This document shows positions 16,130 through 20,000 of a stretch of 20,000 nucleotides of DNA, piece by piece (the stretch's first letter is position 1; each line of letters begins with the position of its first letter). The notes beneath the pieces were generated by a model, which did not search any database, had not been told where the DNA came from, and saw only the letters and a list, made by a program, of their open reading frames with translations. This DNA is from an uncultured virus (IMG/VR IMGVR_UViG_2873412701_000001) (lineage: Duplodnaviria; Heunggongvirae; Uroviricota; Caudoviricetes): IMG/VR virus record IMGVR_UViG_2873412701_000001. One strand, given 5' to 3'. A program made the position numbers and the translations under genes.

Positions 16130-17104
16130 GTGGCCAGCTTCAGCGACGACTTCAACCGGGCCGACAGCAGCGACCTGGGCGCCGGGTGGGTGGAGGTGTC
16201 CGGGGACTGGTCGATCGTCTCCCAGCAGCTCTCGCCCGGCGCGGCGGGCGGCACGATCATCCTGCGGGCTGCCGGTGCGATGGACACCGACGACAACTAT
16301 GCGCAGGTCACGATCGCTGCGACGGTGGCCGCAAGTCAGGGCGTGTGGTGTCGCGGCAACAGCAACATCTCCTCCGGTTACCTGTGGCGCAACGACGGCA
16401 GCACGTGGGATCTGTTCTCTGTCGTCGGCGGTAGCTTCACAGCCATCGGCAGCTACGCGGCAGCGGCAGCACCCGGCGACGTCGCGAAGGTGCAGGCCGT
16501 CGGCTCCACGATCAAAGCGCTCGTCAACGGCGTCGAACGCGTGTCGCTCACCAACACGCACGTGGTGACCGGCACGAGCGTCGGTATCCGCTCCGAATCC
16601 GCCGGCGCCCTGCGATTCGACGACTTCGCCGCCGCAGACGTCACAGCCGGCGTGGTTCTCGAAGCCGCCCTGGAGACCGACGAGGCGCAGAGTCTCGCCG
16701 GCGCCAAGTCCGCAACGCTCACCGCTGCAGCGGAGGCGGCCGCCGCGCAGCCGTTGAGTGGGGCGAAGGCGGCCACGCTCGGCGGCGCGGCCGCGGTGGA
16801 GTCTGCACTGCTGCTCTCGGGTGCCAAGGCTTCGGTGCTGTCACCGGCTGTGGGGCAGGAGGCTGCGCAGGCCCTGAGCGGGACGGTGTCTGCGGTCCTG
16901 GGTGTGGCCGGGGCGGTCGAGGTGGCGTTGCCGCTGACGGGTGTGAAGACGGCCGTGTTGGCGCCTGCGGTGGAGATGGATGCGGCGCGTGCGTTGTCGG
17001 CGGTGTCCGTCACCGCGCCCAGCTTGGAGCGCACCTACCAGGTCCCCGCCGAGCGTCGGGTGTTTGCCGTGGTTGCCGAGGATCGCACCCTGATTGTGAG
17101 GTAG
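16130..17104 (+). CDS. Accessory fibre-like protein: N-terminal lectin/ConA-like beta-sandwich plus six 20-aa Ala-rich repeats (324 aa)
   Basis: GTG 2 nt after the previous stop. FSDDFNRAD...W...GDW...VGIR...RFDDF bracketed domain followed by repeats and a C-terminal ERTYQVPAERRVFAVVAEDR. Confidence 0.65.
   Translation: MASFSDDFNRADSSDLGAGWVEVSGDWSIVSQQLSPGAAGGTIILRAAGAMDTDDNYAQVTIAATVAASQGVWCRGNSNISSGYLWRNDGSTWDLFSVVGGSFTAIGSYAAAAAPGDVAKVQAVGSTIKALVNGVERVSLTNTHVVTGTSVGIRSESAGALRFDDFAAADVTAGVVLEAALETDEAQSLAGAKSATLTAAAEAAAAQPLSGAKAATLGGAAAVESALLLSGAKASVLSPAVGQEAAQALSGTVSAVLGVAGAVEVALPLTGVKTAVLAPAVEMDAARALSAVSVTAPSLERTYQVPAERRVFAVVAEDRTLIVR
16658..17017 (+). repeat. Six degenerate 20-aa (60-nt) repeats
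   Basis: LEAALETDEAQSLAGAKSAT / LTAAAEAAAAQPLSGAKAAT / LGGAAAVESALLLSGAKASV / LSPAVGQEAAQALSGTVSAV / LGVAGAVEVALPLTGVKTAV / LAPAVEMDAARALSAVSVTA. Confidence 0.8.
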
Positions 17105-17109
17105 GCGGG

Positions 17110-17388
17110 ATGTCGAACGCGTATGTCAAGGACCCTGCTGCGTTGTTGGATTACAGCTGGGATTGGTCGGAGTGGCTTGCTCAGGTTGCGGACACGATCA
17201 GTTCTGCGACGGTGGCTGTACCTGCTGGGTTGACGGCTGTGGGGTCGCCGGTGGTTGACGAGGGGGTTGTCACTCAGCGGGTGTCGGGCGGGGCGGTGGA
17301 TGGCGCGTATGTGCTGGTCTGCCAGATCACTACGGTCGGCGGGTTGATCGATGAGCGGTCGATTTACCTCACGATCGGCAACCGGTGA
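17110..17388 (+). CDS. Phage fibre-tail adaptor-like protein (92 aa)
   Basis: KDPAALLDYSWDWSEWL...SGG..G..Y...CQITT..G..DERS signature of a small phage adaptor family. Confidence 0.7.
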   Translation: MSNAYVKDPAALLDYSWDWSEWLAQVADTISSATVAVPAGLTAVGSPVVDEGVVTQRVSGGAVDGAYVLVCQITTVGGLIDERSIYLTIGNR

Positions 17389-17633
17389 GGGGTGGGCTCG
17401 TGGCCCGGATGTTGAGGCGGGTGTCGCCGTCGTTCTGTCCGGTGTGCCGTCGCGGCCCGGCTGGGGTGGACTGCCCGGACGCGGGGCGGTCGAAGAGGGC
17501 GCAGCGGGCTCGGGAGAAGCGGCAGTGGAAGCGGGAAGCCCGGCGATCACTTTCGCGGAGCCTCGAAACTGACAAGGGTTTTCACTTTGTCGGCACCGAC
17601 AAAGTGATGAGGGGTTTTCACGGACCTCCGTAA
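17385..17633 (+). CDS. Small basic hypothetical protein (start may be GTG 17400)
   Basis: GTGA overlap. CPVC...DCPD followed by KRAQRAREKRQWKRE. The 3' part runs through a palindromic element. Confidence 0.45.
   Translation: MRGGLVARMLRRVSPSFCPVCRRGPAGVDCPDAGRSKRAQRAREKRQWKREARRSLSRSLETDKGFHFVGTDKVMRGFHGPP
17576..17621. promoter_or_regulatory. Perfect 12-bp inverted repeat flanked by 10-bp direct repeats (binding site or bidirectional terminator)
   Basis: TCACTTTGTCGG-CA-CCGACAAAGTGA at 17582-17607. GGGTTTTCAC at 17576 and 17612. Lies where two transcription units converge. Confidence 0.6.
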
Positions 17634-17648
17634 GAACCTCCTGACCAG

Positions 17649-17828
17649 CTACGCCGCCTCCACCACCTCAGCCCGTACCGCCTCCGCCCACTCCACATAC
17701 AGCTCGTCCCGCCGCGCCCGCTGCTCATCCGTCAGAGGTACACGCGGATCCACCCACAGGCTCCTGATCTCGGCGTTGATGGCCGCAGCAGAGCGCACGG
17801 GGCCAGAGGCCGGAAGGTTGGGGGGCAT
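17649..17828 (-). CDS. Small hypothetical protein, probably leaderless (59 aa)
   Basis: Translated by hand as MPPNLPASGPVRSAAAINAEIRSLWVDPRVPLTDEQRARRDELYVEWAEAVRAEVVEAA. No SD sequence; -10-like TAGTCT lies 6 nt upstream of the ATG. Confidence 0.7.
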   Translation of the reverse strand: MPPNLPASGPVRSAAAINAEIRSLWVDPRVPLTDEQRARRDELYVEWAEAVRAEVVEAA

Positions 17829-17982
17829 GACCCCAGACTATCGACCGGCCACCCCAGATACGCATGGCGGCCTCGGCGACTTTTAGCCGCCGCCCTCCCC
17901 GCCGTCACACCCCACGACTATGCTGCCGTTCACCGCCTCCGGGGCCCGAACCCCCGGGGGCGCCCTACTGCCGGGAGTAGCC

Positions 17983-18186
17983 GTGGAACGCTGGAAGCTG
18001 ACCTACGCCAACCGTGACGCCATGCTCGGCGAGACGCCCGTCCGGTCCAAGACGGAGGAGTTCGACGCCGACACCGACGGTCTCGACGAGAAGACCGACG
18101 AGCAGGCCATCCTCGACAAGCTGCACCACCTGATCGACGAGCACACCGACGGCGCGGGCGTCCTCACCGGAGCCGAGAAGCTCTAG
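17983..18186 (+). CDS. Small acidic hypothetical protein (67 aa)
   Basis: GGGAG RBS then GTG. Strong GC3 codon bias from this start. -10-like TATGCT at 17919-17924. Confidence 0.65.
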   Translation: MERWKLTYANRDAMLGETPVRSKTEEFDADTDGLDEKTDEQAILDKLHHLIDEHTDGAGVLTGAEKL

Positions 18187-19229
18187 ACCCGCCGCTCTGC
18201 GTCCTCCAGCCGGGCCAGGTAGTAGCCGTGGTCGCGCGGGAACCCGGCCAGCGCGGGCAGTGCTTCACGGAAGCCGGCCGCCGCATCCGCCCAACGCTGG
18301 CAGGCGTACGCCGCATCCGCCGCCTGTAGCCGGGCGCGGGTGGCGTCGAGCCAGTACAGCCAGCCTGGCCGCTCCTCCTCGTCCGGCGCCCGCAGCGCGA
18401 GCCCGTGAGCTTCCTCCGCGAGGCGTACGGCCCGGTCCCGCTCCCCGAGCTGCGCGGCAGCCATCGCCTCTTGGTGGACGGCGGCGGCCTCGGCTGCCGG
18501 AGACAGCGGGCGGGGGCCGGCGAACCGGGCGCCCTCCGCCGTCCGTAGGGCGCGGACGGGGTCGCCGTACTCCAGCGAGTAGTGGGAACGGACGCGCTGC
18601 GCCCAGCTGGCCATGTCCGGGTGCCCGCCGTCGACGGCCCACCCGTGCGCGAGGTCGATCCACGCCAGCGCCGGACCGCGCTTGTCTTCCTGCCAGGACA
18701 CCCACGACAGCCAGTGCGCATGCTCGGCGGCGAGGAGGAGCAGCCGGTCCGCGGCCGGGCCGCTGGTGCCGGGAATCAGCGCGGTGACCTGGTCCAGCTG
18801 CGAGCGGACGATGGGCCACAGGTCCATGCCGCCGACTTCGTCTTCCGCGCGGCGGTGTTGGGCGAGGACGACACCGATCCAGTCGGCGGTGCGCAGGTCG
18901 CCTCGGCCGCGGGTGTGGGCGTGCGCGAGCCGCTCTCGCAGTTCGGCGGATGGCCCCCACTCGTCCAGGGTGCGGTCTCGTGTGACTCCGCCCAGTTCTG
19001 TCGGCACCTTCAGGCCCCTTGTGATTCGGGCGACGACCTCGGCACTCCTGATCTGGTGTCGTCCCCGTTCCACGTTGGAGACGTAGCCCTGGGTCATGTC
19101 CACGAGTTCGCCGAGGTGCCGCTGTGAGATGCCCGCCAGGTGCCGGTAGCGGCGGAAGACGGCGGGCCAGTCGCGGGCCGCCCACGCGGCTCGTAGGCGT
19201 CCGTCTCCCCAGGGTTGCTGACCACTCAT
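18183..19229 (-). CDS. XRE-family helix-turn-helix regulator with C-terminal TPR-like helical domain (348 aa)
   Basis: YRHLAGISQRHLGELVDMTQGYVSNVERG HTH followed by Ala-rich helical repeats and PGWLYW. -10-like TATCGT lies 7 nt before the ATG. Confidence 0.85.
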   Translation of the reverse strand: MSGQQPWGDGRLRAAWAARDWPAVFRRYRHLAGISQRHLGELVDMTQGYVSNVERGRHQIRSAEVVARITRGLKVPTELGGVTRDRTLDEWGPSAELRERLAHAHTRGRGDLRTADWIGVVLAQHRRAEDEVGGMDLWPIVRSQLDQVTALIPGTSGPAADRLLLLAAEHAHWLSWVSWQEDKRGPALAWIDLAHGWAVDGGHPDMASWAQRVRSHYSLEYGDPVRALRTAEGARFAGPRPLSPAAEAAAVHQEAMAAAQLGERDRAVRLAEEAHGLALRAPDEEERPGWLYWLDATRARLQAADAAYACQRWADAAAGFREALPALAGFPRDHGYYLARLEDAERRV

Positions 19230-19336
19230 GGTGACGACGATACGACGCAGATATACGACGGTGATATGGGTTCGAGAATCCGCCACTCCCACGATGTTGT
19301 CTCGATCACACCGAGTCGGGTCGGGGAGAGAGCGCC

Positions 19337-19654
19337 ATGCCGAAAGAAGCCGTCACACAGCCGCCGCCGCTATCCCTGCTGCCGCTGGATCTGGTCGGCC
19401 TGTCCGGGCCGCAGCGGCGCGGCGCGATCTGCGTGTGGGGTGGCGAGTCCCTCGGCGTGGACGCCGTCAACCTCGGCGACCACCGTCTCGACGGCACGAA
19501 GGTCTTCCCCCGCGCCTGCCCCCGCTGCATCGCCGACCAGGCCGCCGAGACCGCGGGCGCGCACGCCGCCATATGCGAATCGTGCGTCGACAACCCGATG
19601 GGCTGCGAGACCGTCCGTGCCCTGCGGCGCCTCTACATGGAGCACGCCCGATGA
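19337..19654 (+). CDS. Cys-rich hypothetical protein (105 aa)
   Basis: GGGGAG RBS. QRRGAICVW, FPRACPRC, H..ICESC and CET motifs. Divergent from the XRE gene. Confidence 0.75.
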   Translation: MPKEAVTQPPPLSLLPLDLVGLSGPQRRGAICVWGGESLGVDAVNLGDHRLDGTKVFPRACPRCIADQAAETAGAHAAICESCVDNPMGCETVRALRRLYMEHAR

Positions 19655-19839
19655 GCGCCCCGGCCGCCAGTGTTGGCGATCTGTCGCCCGAGTGTGAGCT
19701 TGCCCGGCGCGCCGAGTACGACAGCCTGCACGCCGACTGCCGGCAGGAAGACGTTCCATTGCCCGGGGCCGTGGGCGTGCTGCTCCAGAAGCGCTGCACC
19801 TGCCAATGCCATCCTTCCCCGAAGGTGAGGAAGCCGTGA
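19651..19839 (+). CDS. Small Cys/His hypothetical protein (62 aa)
   Basis: ATGA overlap. SPEC...HADC...RCTCQCH. Confidence 0.7.
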   Translation: MSAPAASVGDLSPECELARRAEYDSLHADCRQEDVPLPGAVGVLLQKRCTCQCHPSPKVRKP

Positions 19840-20000
19840 TCAAGATCTGTGGAGACTGCCAGCAGTCGATCCGGGACGGCGAGGAGTACAGGTCGTACCC
19901 CATAGACGCGGCGTCGACCGCCGCAGGGGTCGTGTACTTCCACCAGCGGCCGTGCCGGAAGCAGCCGTACCAGACAGCCCCATCCGGCCTCGGCCGCTGA
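19836..20000 (+). CDS. Small Zn-ribbon-like protein (54 aa)
   Basis: GTGA overlap with GAGG RBS. ICGDCQQSI...YFHQRPC. Stop at 19998-20000. Confidence 0.7.
   Translation: MIKICGDCQQSIRDGEEYRSYPIDAASTAAGVVYFHQRPCRKQPYQTAPSGLGR

Noticed and set aside
1..20000. tRNA/rRNA genes, integrase, att site, IS elements
   Set aside because: None recognisable by inspection.

Overview
High-GC, actinobacterial (Streptomyces-like) temperate phage or prophage segment. Bases 1-5272 (+) encode the end of the tail module: a partial tail protein, a 956-aa minor tail protein with an FN3-like region, a hypothetical protein and a Ser/Thr-rich tail fibre. Bases 5269-12824 (-) form an inverted, almost fully translationally coupled operon of about 15 genes between the tail and lysis modules. 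It encodes three glycosyltransferases (GT4, GT2 and a divergent DxD GT-A-like protein), two extended-SDR NDP-sugar enzymes with degenerate catalytic triads, two nucleases (HNH and endonuclease VII) and several small membrane or Cys-rich proteins. Its leader has an unusual hairpin/triple-repeat structure. Bases 13053-17633 (+) carry the lysis cassette (amidase endolysin, holin, membrane protein, collagen-like protein) and a second fibre/adaptor module. Bases 17649-20000 hold small genes, an XRE-family regulator that looks leaderless, and a divergent trio of small Cys/His-rich ORFs. The main candidate for a novel system is the phage-borne sugar-synthesis plus glycosylation cassette. All product calls come from motif recognition only; no database searches were run.
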